Origin: Chiloscyllium plagiosum
Taxonomy: Eukaryota
Length of the DNA: 64,000 nucleotides
Assembly: GCF_004010195.1 (NCBI RefSeq)
Contig: NC_057720.1
Location: forward strand, 24,055,236-24,119,235
Direction of reading: 5' to 3'
The position numbers and the translations under genes are program-made. Shown here piece after piece: positions 11,888 to 24,419 of the stretch; position 1 is the first letter of the stretch; every line of letters begins with the position of its first letter. The notes under the pieces were generated by a model, which worked only from the letters and a program-made list of their open reading frames with translations, had not been told where the DNA came from and made no database searches.

Positions 11888-14062
11888 TTCTAAATATACT
11901 GCCCACCTCTCATTACATAATTGCCTGTGCTGCTGCTTATCAATTTTGTTTTTAATACTCAAGAAAAGCAAACCTTTGTTTCAATTTCTACATTCTGAAA
12001 CATTTGATTATTTACATTTATCTCACTTGCATTGTTTAACTATTTCTATATTCAGCTTTGACACCTGCCTTTTTAGCATTGTTCCACTCTTTCTTACTTA
12101 AAGTCATTTATTTATGCTCCTGATAGACTTCTGTTTGTTCACTCCTGAAACCTTCATTTTTTTACAATATTTATCTGCTTTAATCTTTTATCATATCATA
12201 TATACAGATTAAGCTCACAGTGATTGTTACAGTGTTCATCAAGGTGAATGATATCCTCTTCCGTTTGGCCACCTACAAGCATACCCCTTGAAGATGATTT
12301 TCTAACAGCCATAAGGATCAATAATTTTTAAAAATACATTTGAATTCCCCAGTGACTAATGTAAAGATATGTACAAAAGATTTCAAGCTTTTTTACTGTA
12401 ACAAATAAAAGCAAAAACTATACATTCTTAGTTGGTTAAACCGCAATGTACATTAGCGTAACTCACTTTTTTCTTTATTCTTTCATAGGCTTTGTGGGTT
12501 GCTGGGAAGGCCAATATTTGCCACTCACCTTTAATCGTCTTCAGTGGCTTGCAAGACCATTTCAGAGTCAATCACATTCCCATGGTTCAGAACCACATCT
12601 AAGCCAAACCAGGTTAAAAACCCTAGATTTCATCCTCTTAAAGGATGTTAATTAATCAGACAGATTTTGAAAACAATCATTGATAATTTCATACATTCCC
12701 ATCACTAAGATTTTTTTTAACATTTCATATGTATTAAATTAATATAAACCCCATTAGCTGCCATATGGTTTGAACCTACATTTCTAGAGAATTAGGATCA
12801 ACCACTGGATTAATAGTTCAGTCACAGTACCATTACACTATCAACATTCTACATGACAGCAAACCCAACATCAAGATTCTCTTCTACATGGCATAGCAGC
12901 ACCTCCTGGGTATTCTTTCCCAAATCTCTCTGGCTGTGCCACACGGTCTCTCAGAAAGACCAGGTGCTTCCTCTTTTGTGTCAAACCTGCATCTTATTCC
13001 AATAAGTATTGACCTAAATCCCTATCTTCACAGCAAGATCACATGGGCTTGATCCAGTCCGATTTCACAGGAGGTCACATCCTCTTTCCAGACTACACCC
13101 ATTTATCTTGAATTAAAACAGACAGTTTAAAATGTAATCATTTATAAAGGACAACTTCTGTGACAGGGAAAAATCGAGCAAGATACGTCTGGAATACAGT
13201 GATAGCTGATTATGGAATGAACATGTCATAAAGGTATCAGATTCAATTATTTCTTTGATGTGTCTGCACCATAAATATTTCTGTACTCACTGAAGGTTGT
13301 CAGAGCTGGAAATAGAATATTTACTTACTTTTGACCTCCACTGTCAACTTCCAGTGTCCTCAAATAAGTTCAGCAATGGGTAAAATGTCTTCTACTTCAT
13401 TCATGAATGTGCAACAACTTTAAATTTGGGATACCATCCCATCTGGTGCCACTGATTCTCAATTTACCAACCAATTATCTTGATGTATATGAGTTGGCCA
13501 ACTTAATGACAATTACTGTCAAAATTACACACAGCATTCCGTTGTGACATACAAATAATAGGATCAACATCAACGTCATCATCATCTAGCAAGTCTGCCT
13601 TCTAATATAATTACACTAGTCAGATCTAGCTCTGGACCTGTTTGATTCTGGAGTAAAAGTTAAAAGGTAAAGGAAAAGAGATAGGCCAATTAGCCCTTGA
13701 ACATTTCCACCACTCTATAATACCATGATGAATCTTGACCTAGCTCCATGTGCCTACTTATACCCCACATAGCAGGTAAAGAAAGAGGCAACAACGCCCA
13801 ATTGACACAATCTTTGTGTTGTTATTCACTTATGAAAACTCTGTAAGACCATTGTTATGAGTCAGCAGATAACTACTTCCTTTTGTACAATTTTTGGAAC
13901 CATACACAATTTACGAGGAGTTAATCAAATTCCTGTTCAGAGTAATTTTCCCCAGACTCTGAAATATAACAGAATAGGTTGTTGTGTGTCTATGAACCCA
14001 AATGATTGAAATATTCTCTCATGGAGTGGTGAAGGAGCATCAATAAACACTAACATAATTAG

Positions 14063-14280
14063 GTTAAAAATCACACAACACCAGGTTATAGTCCAACAGG
14101 TTTAATTGGAAGCACACTAGCTTTCGGAGCGACGCTCCTTCATCAGGTGATTGTGATCTGATGAAGGAGCGTCGCTCCGAAAGCCAGTGTGATTCCAATT
14201 AAACCTGTCGGACTATAACCTGGTGTTGTGTGATTTTTAACTTTGTACACCCCAGTCCAACACCGGCATCTCCGAATCAT
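14063..14280. mobile_element. Young PLE family C fold-back element with TSD
   Basis: 84-bp near-perfect inverted arms 14063-14146 / 14158-14241 plus a ~40-bp tail; flanking direct repeat CATAATTAGGTT at 14054-14065 and 14278-14289. Confidence 0.9.
14115..14149 (-). ncRNA. Minimal type-I hammerhead ribozyme motif (intact)
   Basis: Minus strand CAC-CUGAUGA-A-GGAGC-guc-GCUCC-GAAA-GCUA-GUG: stem I CAC/GUG, 5-bp stem II, palindromic AGCU stem III, CUA triplet. Confidence 0.78.
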
Positions 14281-14847
14281 AATTAGGTTGGTGTTCCAGA
14301 ATATTTCTGCATCTCAGTATTCCCTACTGCAGTGATTTATTTTTTTAAATAGCAAAATACTGCAGATGTTGGAAATCTGGAGTCAAAAAAATATTCTGGC
14401 AAAAAAAAAGCCACCAACATCTGCAGGATAAAAAATACAGACAGCTATTTATAACAGCAATAAAATTAGCATAATGCAAATGCTGGAGATCGGAAATAAA
14501 AACAGGAAGTGGTGTAGAAAGTCAGCAGATCTGGTAGCATCGGCAGAGAGAGAAACGGAGTTACGTTTGAATCCAATATGGCTTTGGCAGTTAAGACATC
14601 TGTGATATTGGCCTTTCACCTGATATATAAACCTACCTTTTCCCTTTCCTGATGCCAATCAGGTTCCTGTATTTCCAGCCTTGGCAAGCATGTTCTCCCT
14701 TCCCTGAAAACACAAGTAGTTTATTTTTACATGAAAATCAAATGATGTACATGTTTGGAACATATATTAGTTCATTGGCTGTTTTCAACCTCTCGAGATC
14801 TCCTTAATTTGGTTCACCTTATATGGAATTGAATATTCAGCACAAGT

Positions 14848-15118
14848 GGGCGGTACGGTGGCTTACAGCACCAGAGTCCTGGTTTCAATTCCCGCCTCAG
14901 GCAACTGTCTGTGTGGAGTTTGCACATTCTCCCCCTGTCTGCGTGGGTTTCCTCCAGGTGCTCCGGTTTCCTCCCACGTCCAAAAATGTGCAGGTTAGGT
15001 GAATTGGCCATGCTAAATTGTTAGGGGAATGGGTCTGGGTGGGTTGCTCTTCGCAGCGTCGGTGTGGACTTGTTGGGCCGAAGGGCACACTGTAAGTAAT
15101 CTAATCTAATCTAATCTA
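14848..15118 (+). mobile_element. HE1-like V-SINE (small internal deletions)
   Basis: Same head and core as 42070-42383; (TAATC)n tail. Confidence 0.9.
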
Positions 15119-15214
15119 AACCATACCTGCCTTTGTGCTCCATCGAATGCCCTCTTTTCACTTGTCCACTGATACTAATTTAGTCTGCCCTGAAATTCAT
15201 CTGTACTGTTGACT

Positions 15215-15465
15215 TCAACCACTAACAGATTCAAGAACAGCTTCTTTCATGCTGTTACTAGACTTCTGAATAGACCTTTCAAATTTTAAATTGAATGTTG
15301 ATCTCATTCTGTGTGCACCTTCTCTGCAGCTGCAACTTTGTGTTCTTTGCTCTATTCTAATACCCTAATGTACTTTGTATGGTCTCATCTGCTTGTACTG
15401 CACATAAAACCAAACTTTTCACTGTACCTTGGTAGATGTGACAATAATAAATCAAATCAAATAAT
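15215..15465 (+). mobile_element. Rex1/Babar-like LINE 3' end
   Basis: Encodes TNRFKNSFF.AV.RLLN; ends AATAATAAATCAAATCAAAT; homologous to the 3' end of 29950-31185 and to 37850-38105. Confidence 0.7.
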
Positions 15466-15496
15466 AAAGTAAATCGAATCAAATGGTTTTATCAGT

Positions 15497-15643
15497 AAAA
15501 AGCAAAAGAACTGTGGATGTTGTAAATCAGAAACAAAAACAGAACTGAGGAAGGGTCACTCAACCCGAAACGTTAACTCCGAACTCTCTCCACAGATGTA
15601 GTCAGATCTGCTGAGCTTTTCCAGCAATTTCTGCTTTTGTTTG
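15497..15643 (+). mobile_element. PLE family B short copy with an intact hammerhead core (15545-15577) but no stem I 5' strand
   Basis: CTGAGGA-A-GGGT-cactca-ACCC-GAAA-CGTT-AAC preceded directly by an inverted copy of the element tail. Confidence 0.75.
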
Positions 15644-15954
15644 TAGTACTAAGTTTGCAGGCTCTCAGAACTGACTAGTTAAAAGGAGTTCCTTCTGCAT
15701 TCACCATTAAATGCACACGGTGGGTCCTAGAGTCTCGCTGACCTCAGCATGGTTTAAAAAGGTAAGCTATCCTTATAATGCCAATGAACAATGGACGTCT
15801 CACCAGGTATTTCCACAGGATCAGCAATGCTCGGAGTGGGAGAGTCCAACTTGAGCTGATTAAGCAACAATTAAAACAAAAAGAACAGAGCTGGTTTCCA
15901 TCAGTTTCCATGGAGACTCATTAACTTTTTTGTGTGGTTTGGTGACAGATCTTC

Positions 15955-16095
15955 CCTGTCCGGGGAGGAGGAGTGTGTGGACATGCAGTCACTGGGAGGA
16001 GGCTGGATGAAAGCGGCGGATCCAGGATTTCATGTGGGCGGCAGTGGGTTCAGAGTGAGGCGGCCGCCTTTTATCACTGCGATCAACGGACTCAC
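15955..16095 (+). promoter_or_regulatory. Candidate CpG-rich Pol II promoter
   Basis: Local CpG enrichment in unique sequence; GC box GGGCGG 16036-16041; GCGGCCGC 16060-16067; TATA-like CTTTTAT 16068-16074; Inr-like CTCACT ~16091. Confidence 0.55.
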
Positions 16096-16153
16096 TGCAC
16101 CCTCCAGCAACGCCGGAGGGTGGCTCAGGAGAGGCGCTACCCCCTGGAGACAG
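16094..16153 (+). other. Candidate non-coding first exon (alternative donor at 16267/16268)
   Basis: Strong donors CAG|GTAAGC at 16153 and AAG|GTAAGT at 16267 just downstream of the promoter-like motifs; same strand as the MISP-family exon; start position is a guess. Confidence 0.45.
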
Positions 16154-18180
16154 GTAAGCGACGCAAAGTGAACTTCCCGGGCACCCTTTACAAGAACTAG
16201 TGACCTGCCCAGACTAGAAGCATTCAATGCTAATAGTAAGCACTGCTGTCTCAGGAGTGAAGTTAAGGTAAGTTTCTCACAAATTGCACTCTGCATTTGT
16301 ATACTTTTAACTTCCTCAAAGAAAATAATACAACTTTTCAAAACTACCACAAATTAAACCATATTGCGTTTTTTGTTTTGAAAAGCTACAGCAAATTAGT
16401 GCTTGTGAAGACATCTGTTATTCTTGATGCTTTTCTTTCAGTAAACGGAGTCGGCATTTACCTGTTTAAGATTTTAACCTGGCTGAGTCTGTCGCGCATC
16501 GGGAGAGGTTCCGTCGGATCTTCGAGAATTCATTAGTTGAAGATTTACCCTCGCCCTCTGCGTAGCAACCGGAGGAATTTCTCAACTCCCTGTTGAATGG
16601 GGTTCTGCTTTTTAAGCACGAGGAATACTGAAACAAAGGCTGACTTAAAAGAAAAGCCGACCTTCTGTTCAGACATGTTAATTTTTTTTCGCAAAAAAGA
16701 GTCTAAATATTGAAACTTCCAGCCACAATGTTTTCCAATCAAAGTTAAACTTCAAATGGCCAGTTTATGCAATCATGGTCCTGAGCGTTGGTGTGATTGG
16801 CCCTACACGGACCTTCAATGCTGCGTCTTCTGCCCTCTCATAAATAACTTTCAAAATAGATATTTTGCATTAGTAGGAATAAAAAGTCTTCATTTATAAT
16901 TGCAGATACATTTTACACCAAAAGAGACTGCTGTGATACTGACTGTAGATTTTCATTGTTCTACATTTGTTGCAGGAGGAGCAAGAAATATACATTACAA
17001 TGCGGAATATGGTTCAATGATAACTGTTCCTCAAAGAGTAATGAGATGATTTAAATGCAGTTTACGCAATCGATAATCATTACGATAGAATAGACCAGAC
17101 TGAGTAACCTCCTTTATTATTTACTGGTTTGCAGTGTTGAACTAATCGTGTAGATATACTAATTTGTAAAATAGTCGAATAAACACAACGAATATAGTAT
17201 AAAATTGAGAAATATTTCAGCGTAGAGGGAAATAGCTGTATGTCAGTAGGTGAATACTGTATCAATGCGTATAGACTTTTCGTTTCTCTTGCTGAATAAT
17301 TTGTTTAACATATACTGTTTCATAACAGTTTGCTTCCTCCATTTTTCCACTCTAAGCGATTGATTAGTTTGCCTAGCGGTTGCCCAGTGTTGATGGCCCT
17401 ACATTTTTGGAAACATTTTTGACGTTAATGTATTGTTTGTGTAGCTGACTCTCAGGAAGCATTTCAAATGCCATCTTGGTGCAGGAGTCATTGTTGATTG
17501 CCCGCGGGTTCCTGGTTGACGTCTGCACGGCGAGACAGACCGATTTCTTAACTCCCAAACCTTTGAGCACACGAAGCAGGATGTCACATGGGATAATGGA
17601 ATCTGGAGGTCGGGATTTGCCTCCATCTCTGTGGCTGTTCAGGATTTGCCGCCTTCTCTGTCTTCTCCATTAAACGCTGTGACTCAAAGTAAAATGTAGT
17701 TTGACTGACAAGTTGTCATCGTTTTTATCTATTGGCAGCAAGCTGCTCCAAGTCACTATTGTTAACGCTGCTACATTTCAAGGAGAGCTTTAAAATTCCA
17801 GTAAAGCATGTTCTATGATCCCAACGGATGGTGCTACTGCTTGTCTGGGGTTTGCATGGAGATCAGACTTAAAATGAGACGTTTATTATCCCCTTTTGCC
17901 TTTGTTTTTTTTATTATTGCTGTTTTTGTAATCAGGTATGCAACCAAGATAGCGCCAGAGAATGGCAACTTTGTACACTTTTCAATGTACTTGTATATTC
18001 CTATACTTGAGTACGCATGACAGTAAAATCTAATTGTAAATCTACTGGACAAGTCAGATTTCAGTTTGAAACTTGGCTTTGTGGATCATACTTGTTTAAA
18101 AAGTTAGTTAATGTGGTGGTCAATGACTTAAACATATTTGCAAGAGGCTTCAGTGTTCTTTAACAACATGATGTAAATTA

Positions 18181-19580
18181 AGAAAGGTGGTAAGGACAAG
18201 ACAGGGAACTGTAGACCAGTGAGCCTGACTTTGGTGGTGGGCAAGTTGTTGGAGGTAATTCTGAGAGACAGGATGTACATGTATTTGGAAAGGCAAGGAC
18301 TGATTAGGGATAGTCAACATGGCTTTATGCGTGGGAAATCATGTCTCACAAACTTGATTGGGTTTTTTGAAGAAGTAACAAAGAGGATTGATGAGGGCAG
18401 AGTAGTAGATGTGATCTATATGGACTTCAGTAAGGCGTCCAACAAGGTTCCCCATGGGAGACTGGTGAGCAAGGTTAGATCTAATGGAATACAGGGAGAA
18501 CTAGCCATTTGGATACAGAACTGGCTCAAAGGTAGAAGACCTTTGTTGAAAGGTTGTTTTTCAGACTGGAGGCCTGTGACCAGTGGAGTGCCACAAGGAT
18601 TGATGCTGGGTCCACTACTTTTCATTATTTATTTAAGTGATTTGGATGCGAGCGTAAGAGGTATAGTTAGTAAGTTTGCTGATTACATCAAAATTGGAGG
18701 TGTAGTAGACATCGAAGAAGGTTACCTCAGATTACAATGGGGTCTTGATCAGATGGGCCAATGGGCTGAGAAATGGCAGATGGAGTTTAATTTAGATAAA
18801 TGCGATTTGCTGCATTTTGGGAAAGCAAATCTTAACAGTACTTATACACTTAATGGTAAGGTCCGATGGAGTGTTACTGAACAAAGAGACCTTGGAGTGC
18901 AGGTTCATAGCTCCTTGAAAGTGGAGTCTCAGGTAGCTAGGATCGTGAAGAAGGCGTTTGGTATGCTTTCTTTTATTGGTCAGAGCTTTGAGTACAGGAG
19001 TTGGGAGATCATGTTGCGGCTGTACAGAACATTGGTTCGGCCACTGTTGGAATACTGCATGCATTCTGGTCTCCTTCCTATTGGAAAGATGTTGTGAAAC
19101 TTGAAAGGGTTCAGGAAAGATTTACAAGGATGTTGCCAGGATTGGAGGATTTGAGCTCTAGTTTGAATAGGCAAGGGCTGTTTTCCATGGAGTGTCGGAC
19201 GCTGAGGGGTGACCTTATAGAGGTTTATAAAATCATGAGGGGCAAGGATAGGATAAATAGACAATGTCTTTTCCCTGGGGTGGGGGAGTCCAGAAGCAGA
19301 GGGCATAGACTTAGGGTGAGAGGGGCAAGATATAAAAGAGACCTAAGAGGCAACTCTTTCATTCAGAGCTGGAATGAGCTGCCAGAGGAAGTGGTGGAGG
19401 CTGGTACAATTGCAACATTTAAAAGGCATCTGGATGGGTATATGAATAGGAAGGGTTTGGAGAGATATGGGCCAGGTGCTGGCAGATGAGACTAGATTGG
19501 GTTGGGATATCTGATCGGCATGGATGAGTTGGATGGAAGGGTCGGTTCCGTGCTGTACATCTCTATGATTCTATGATTCT
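18181..19580 (+). mobile_element. 5'-truncated CR1 LINE (RT + 3' UTR)
   Basis: ORFs 18219-19097 and 19001-19489 with SQHGF, DVIYMDFSKA, GVPQG and KFADY; (ATTCTATG)n-type tail. Confidence 0.93.
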
Positions 19581-19587
19581 AAAATCA

Positions 19588-19601
19588 GGGGGGGGGGGGG
19601 G
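19588..19601. repeat. G14 homopolymer
   Basis: 14 consecutive G just after the CR1 tail. Confidence 0.9.
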
Positions 19602-21212
19602 ATGCCTGAGGCAGTTACAAAGATGTTATACAACAGCAGAACATTTTTTTTTATCCCAAAGCTATCCATTAGAGAGACTCCAGTCCAGAGAAATTATATT
19701 ACTATCTCAACTCTTTGCATTTCTACTTACCTGACCCCTTTCAGTTTCTGTTCAATGGATTGCAGAGATAATTTCATGGTTTCTTTTTGAATCTGCAGGC
19801 TTGACCCTTTCACAATTCTGAACACCTACACCTTTCTCAGTTTTAACAATCTGAAGACTTGTATATGTGCTTTTTCAACTTGGAAACTTCACAAATAACA
19901 ACAGAAAACTATGCTGAAGTGATGATTCTCCTGAGTGACTTGATTCTCTTGCAAATAGAAAACATTCTCCTTTCTGAATTGAACTCTTTTGCTTCTTCTG
20001 AACTGAAAAAGACTTTAAAAATCTTATCCATTAAAACTACAGATACACTTTGTAGGCATTTAACTGCAGTTTTTCTTAGTAAACAGGATTTGTGTTACTG
20101 TCCAAATAACTTTCAAAATTATTGTTTTTAAAAATTCTTCCCAATACTAAACAAATTCCTCTGTCGCTATTTTAGCTTCCATTTTCTAAAAAAAATGATA
20201 ATGAATATATTATCTTTTATCATACATGTATTTGCCTTGCCCTGGAATATTGGCCACTTGAGAGTTGAGTAAACACGGCATGGAGGAGGTGATGCTGTTT
20301 AGCAATTGAGGTACAGTGTCCAGTTTATCAAGGTTGATTTTGCTAAAGATTTGCTTGAATACTTAATGAGCTAGCTTCAAGAATACATCTGATTTTTCTT
20401 CTAGTCTTCTTTTTGAATCTAGTGGTTGTTCCAGAGATATTAATGAATGTTCTCTAGCGTTCTCATGTTGTACTGTTACAGTCCGAATCTGTCAGTGGTA
20501 TGCGAAAGCAGTGACGGCAACTGCTTTGAACATTGGTACTTTTGCTGACTTGCAGAGGTCTTTGTTATCAAACACTCATTACTATAGTTTGTAGAAGGCT
20601 GAGCTAGAAAAGCTGAATGACAGTTATACGTTCTTGCCAATGGTGGGTCTTCAACAGAGGTGACTGTAAAGATATAGCAGATGCTTGATTTATCCCAGAG
20701 TGTTATCTTCCACGTACATGGGACGTGTTATAATTGGAAAACTAGGTGTGGGATGGAATGAGTTTTGGTTTAGCAACATCAAAGGACAAGCTGAGTTATT
20801 TGTTTGAAGAATTGAACAGATTCAGAATGCATACAAATGTAATGCAGAATTGCTGACACAACTGTCATCTGAACATTGTAGATCTGCAAATGGACGTCAA
20901 TAGTGGTCAGTTTAGGTTTGACACAACAATAGATAATAGTATTAAATACTGCCTAGATGGAAAACTTTAACTCCACAGGGTACTTGATCTTTGGGGGAAA
21001 TTTATAAATAATATAGGGTTATCACACAGTCTAGCTTAACCCTAGTCTAGTGTCTCTTTCTGATCTCCCGCTCTGGACAGTTGCAGACATATCATGAAAC
21101 GATTGCAGGATTATAATAAAGGTTTCTTACACATCCAAATCTTCGAAGCACAATTCACAGAACTTTGTTTTAGAAGAAGCCAAATGTTTTGGTCACATTG
21201 CTGACTTTTAAA

Positions 21213-22261
21213 AATTCATTTCTAGGATGTGGGTTTCACTGGCTGGCTAGCATTTATTGCCTGTCCTTGCTATTCTTGAGAAGGTGGTGGTAAGCTGCCT
21301 ATTTGAACTGATGCAGTCCACCTGCTGTGGGTTAGCCCATAATGCCTTTAGGAAGGGAATGACAGGATTTTCATCCAGCGACACTGGAGGAACATGGAGA
21401 TATTTCCAAGTCAGGATGGTGAGTGGCTTGGAGGGGAACTTGAAGATGGTGTTGTTCCCATATATCTGCTGCCTTTGTTCTTCTAGACGGAAGTGGTCAT
21501 GTATTTGGAAGCTTCTATCTAAGGATCTTTGGTAAATTCTTGCAGTGCATTTTGTAGATGGTACACACTACTGCTACAGAGCATTGTTGGCGGAGGGAGT
21601 GAATGCTTGTGGAGTAGTGCAAATCAAGTGGGCTGCTTTTTCTTGGATGGTGTCAAACTTCTTGAGTATTGTTGGAGCTGCACTCATCCAGGCAAGTTGG
21701 GAGTATTCCATCACATTCCTGACGTGTGACTTGTAGATGGTGGACAGACTTTTGGTAGTCAGGAAGTGAGTTACTCACTGCAGTATTCAGAGTGTCTGAT
21801 CTGCTCCTGACACCATTATATTTGTGTAATGAGTACAGTTAAGTTTCTGGTCAATGATAACCCTCATTGATAGTGGGGGATTTAGTGATGGTGAGACAAT
21901 TGAACGTCAAGGGGCAGTGGTTAGATTGTCTCTTATTGCCTAGCATTTCTGTGGCATGAATATTACTTGCCACTTGTTAGTCCAAGCCTGGGTATTGTCC
22001 AGATCTTGTTGCATTTGAACATGGACTGCTTTAATATCTGAGGATTCAGGAATGGTACTAAACATTGTGCAATCTTTGGCAAACATCCCCACGTCTGACC
22101 TTATGATGGAGTGAAGGTCGTTAATGAAACAGCTGAAGATAATTGGGCCAAGACACTATCCTGAGGAGCTCCTGCAGAGTCATCCCTGAGCTGAGATGAC
22201 TGACCAGCAACAACCATGACCACCTTCCTATATTTCAGGCATGACTCTAACCACCAGAGAA
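21213..22261 (-). mobile_element. Old CR1/L2-superfamily LINE, RT C-terminus to 3' end
   Basis: Minus strand shows decayed VPQDSVL.PIIFSCFINDL and QQDLDN..AW motifs; 3' tail shared with the SINE at 7503-7820. Confidence 0.7.
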
Positions 22262-22269
22262 TTTAGCGA

Positions 22270-22568
22270 GCTTTGAGAAGATTTGTAGCTCAAGTTCAGG
22301 TTCTGGATGTAGGTTTACTCGCTGAGCTGGAAGGCTCATTTTCAGATGTTTCATCACCATACTCAGTAACATCTAGAGTGAGCCTCCTTGTGAAGCACTG
22401 CTGATAATTCACAGGAAATGACATCATCAACCATCATCAAACATATAAATAGAAAGCAGGAGTCATCAGGACTGCTTCATCCAGAGGCTCACTGAAGATG
22501 TTACCTAGTATGGTGATGAAATGTCTGAAAATGAACCTTTCAGCTCAGCAAGCAAACCTACATCCAGA
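22270..22568. mobile_element. PLE family P inverted terminal-repeat pair
   Basis: Arms ~22302-22410 (-) and ~22463-22568 (+) are reverse complements (TCTGGATGTAGGTTT / AAACCTACATCCAGA); homologous to 7910-8120. Confidence 0.85.
22489..22528 (+). ncRNA. Minimal hammerhead ribozyme motif (near intact)
   Basis: UCA-CUGAAGA-U-GUUACC-uaguau-GGUGAU-GAAA-UGUC-UGA: stem I UCA/UGA; stem III C>T at a CpG. Confidence 0.7.
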
Positions 22569-24419
22569 GAAGCACCATCCTATGAACAAAGAGAATTTTG
22601 TCCATTAGACCACTGTCTATTGATGGCCCTAGTAGCTTCAAGAAAAGGCTTTGAATGTTATAACAGTCAGCATTGTTTGGATCTTTCATTCTTTCTCTTC
22701 TCACCACATACCTTTTTATATTCCAGATTTATCTTTGTGCATTGGCCTAGAACTGTAAGAATTCTGCTTTTTAAAATTTAATCACCTTTGGCTATGTTCA
22801 TCCCAGCAGAGAAAATGCCCATACCTCTTTTTGGAAGTCACATAGTTCAGTATTGCTTCCTAGTGACAATGATTCTTGAACCTGATGGTTGATAGGATCC
22901 AACTATTCTGGTATTATGTTGGGCATGTGAAGATTTCCCAGATTGGCCATGAGTTACACTTGGAATTCTCACTTCAGTGAGGCTGCTTCCAAGCTGAGAC
23001 ATTGAGATGCTCTCCCTTTGACCATCTGGCATTGCGATGTTTTGCGTGTTCACCACCACCACTGGTCAATCTACTCAACTGGCATTGGTCCCTGCAAGAA
23101 TTAGATGAGACAGATATCATATTTAAATCTTTGATCCAAACAATGACATACTCCAGGAAATGTCAAAACTTTGCTTAGAGTGTCTCCACGTGGGTTTGTA
23201 TTTATCTTCCTGGTAGATGAGGATGTTTGTTTTACAATGAGGCCACAATAAGCAATAGCTGTCAGCTAGTGAACACTGTTTACATTGGCTTTTCCCATCC
23301 TGTTTTATTTTGTCCCAAATGGTGCTCCAGACTTCAGAGATGTGGACAATGGTAGTCCCCAGAAGAATGACCTTTTCCTTTGAGGTTGCAGTGGGAACTT
23401 TCTCATAGTTAAAATAGAACATTAACCTTACACTGTCATTGCATTTGAGGTTTAGGGCATAAGCCCTGTTGCTGGTGATGAGCTGGAGATGAATATTTCA
23501 TTTGTACAGCTAGTAGGTTCTAGTCATTCACGCAAAATTGTATTCTGGATGGCAAAACCAATCCTGTGAGCTCAAGGGTCATGCTCAGTATTTTCTTTCC
23601 AGTAGAGCGTCTATCCCCTGCTTGTTCCTGAGGCTGTCCCAACTGCCCAGGAAGATAGTTCTAACCAAGGTTATCACCTTGGAGTTTTGTTAACTCATTA
23701 ATATGATTACAGTTTTCTTTCTAGACAGTCATCTGGATGATCCATTGGTTCTCTAGTTCTCTAAATGGCAGCATTTCAAGTGTTTACTTTCTTTGAACGC
23801 ACAGGGTGTGGTTCTCCAGCCAGAAGTTAGGTCCTTATGGCACCTTTTCAAGTCCATTCCCCATTTGGGATAAGCAGATACTATCCTGTAAGGAATTTCT
23901 TAGTCAGAGATGCTGCTACTCAAAGACACCACTGTGCTATCAAAGATGTCAAACAGCCTTCATACACTGCCCTGCTCAATCAGTCAATCTGCCTGGTTTG
24001 AAATCAAAACAAAACTGGGCAGTTAACTAGCAACCATTAACTCTCGCATCCTCTGTAGCACCAACTCTACCAGAGTATACTGGCAAAACAATCAAAATTT
24101 TCCTCTCGTACAGTATAAAAATTGGTTTTCCCCTTTTGGTATTCTTGCGTATTGTCCTGATGAGTGCAAGATGAAAACATTGAACAAAATATTTTTTTCT
24201 CAGCAATACTCAAGTTTGCAGATTTTCAATTAGAGGCTCAGAGCCATATTATGGGTGCCAATGCCTTTTTGCCACACAACTTTGTAAATGGGCACTGGTG
24301 GAAGCAATGTTGTATGCTGGAGTGCCATCATAGTTGATAGATTTTTATTTTGTTTAATCAGTTGGTCTTCCACTGAAACATAAGTATGCCATGAAAAATA
24401 AATATTATACAAAATAAAT

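Noticed and set aside
14063..14241. miRNA precursor, terminator or DNA-transposon MITE interpretation of the long hairpin
   Set aside because: Hammerhead core, asymmetric tail, long variable TSDs and a single-arm longer copy at 5935-6346 fit a Penelope-type origin better.
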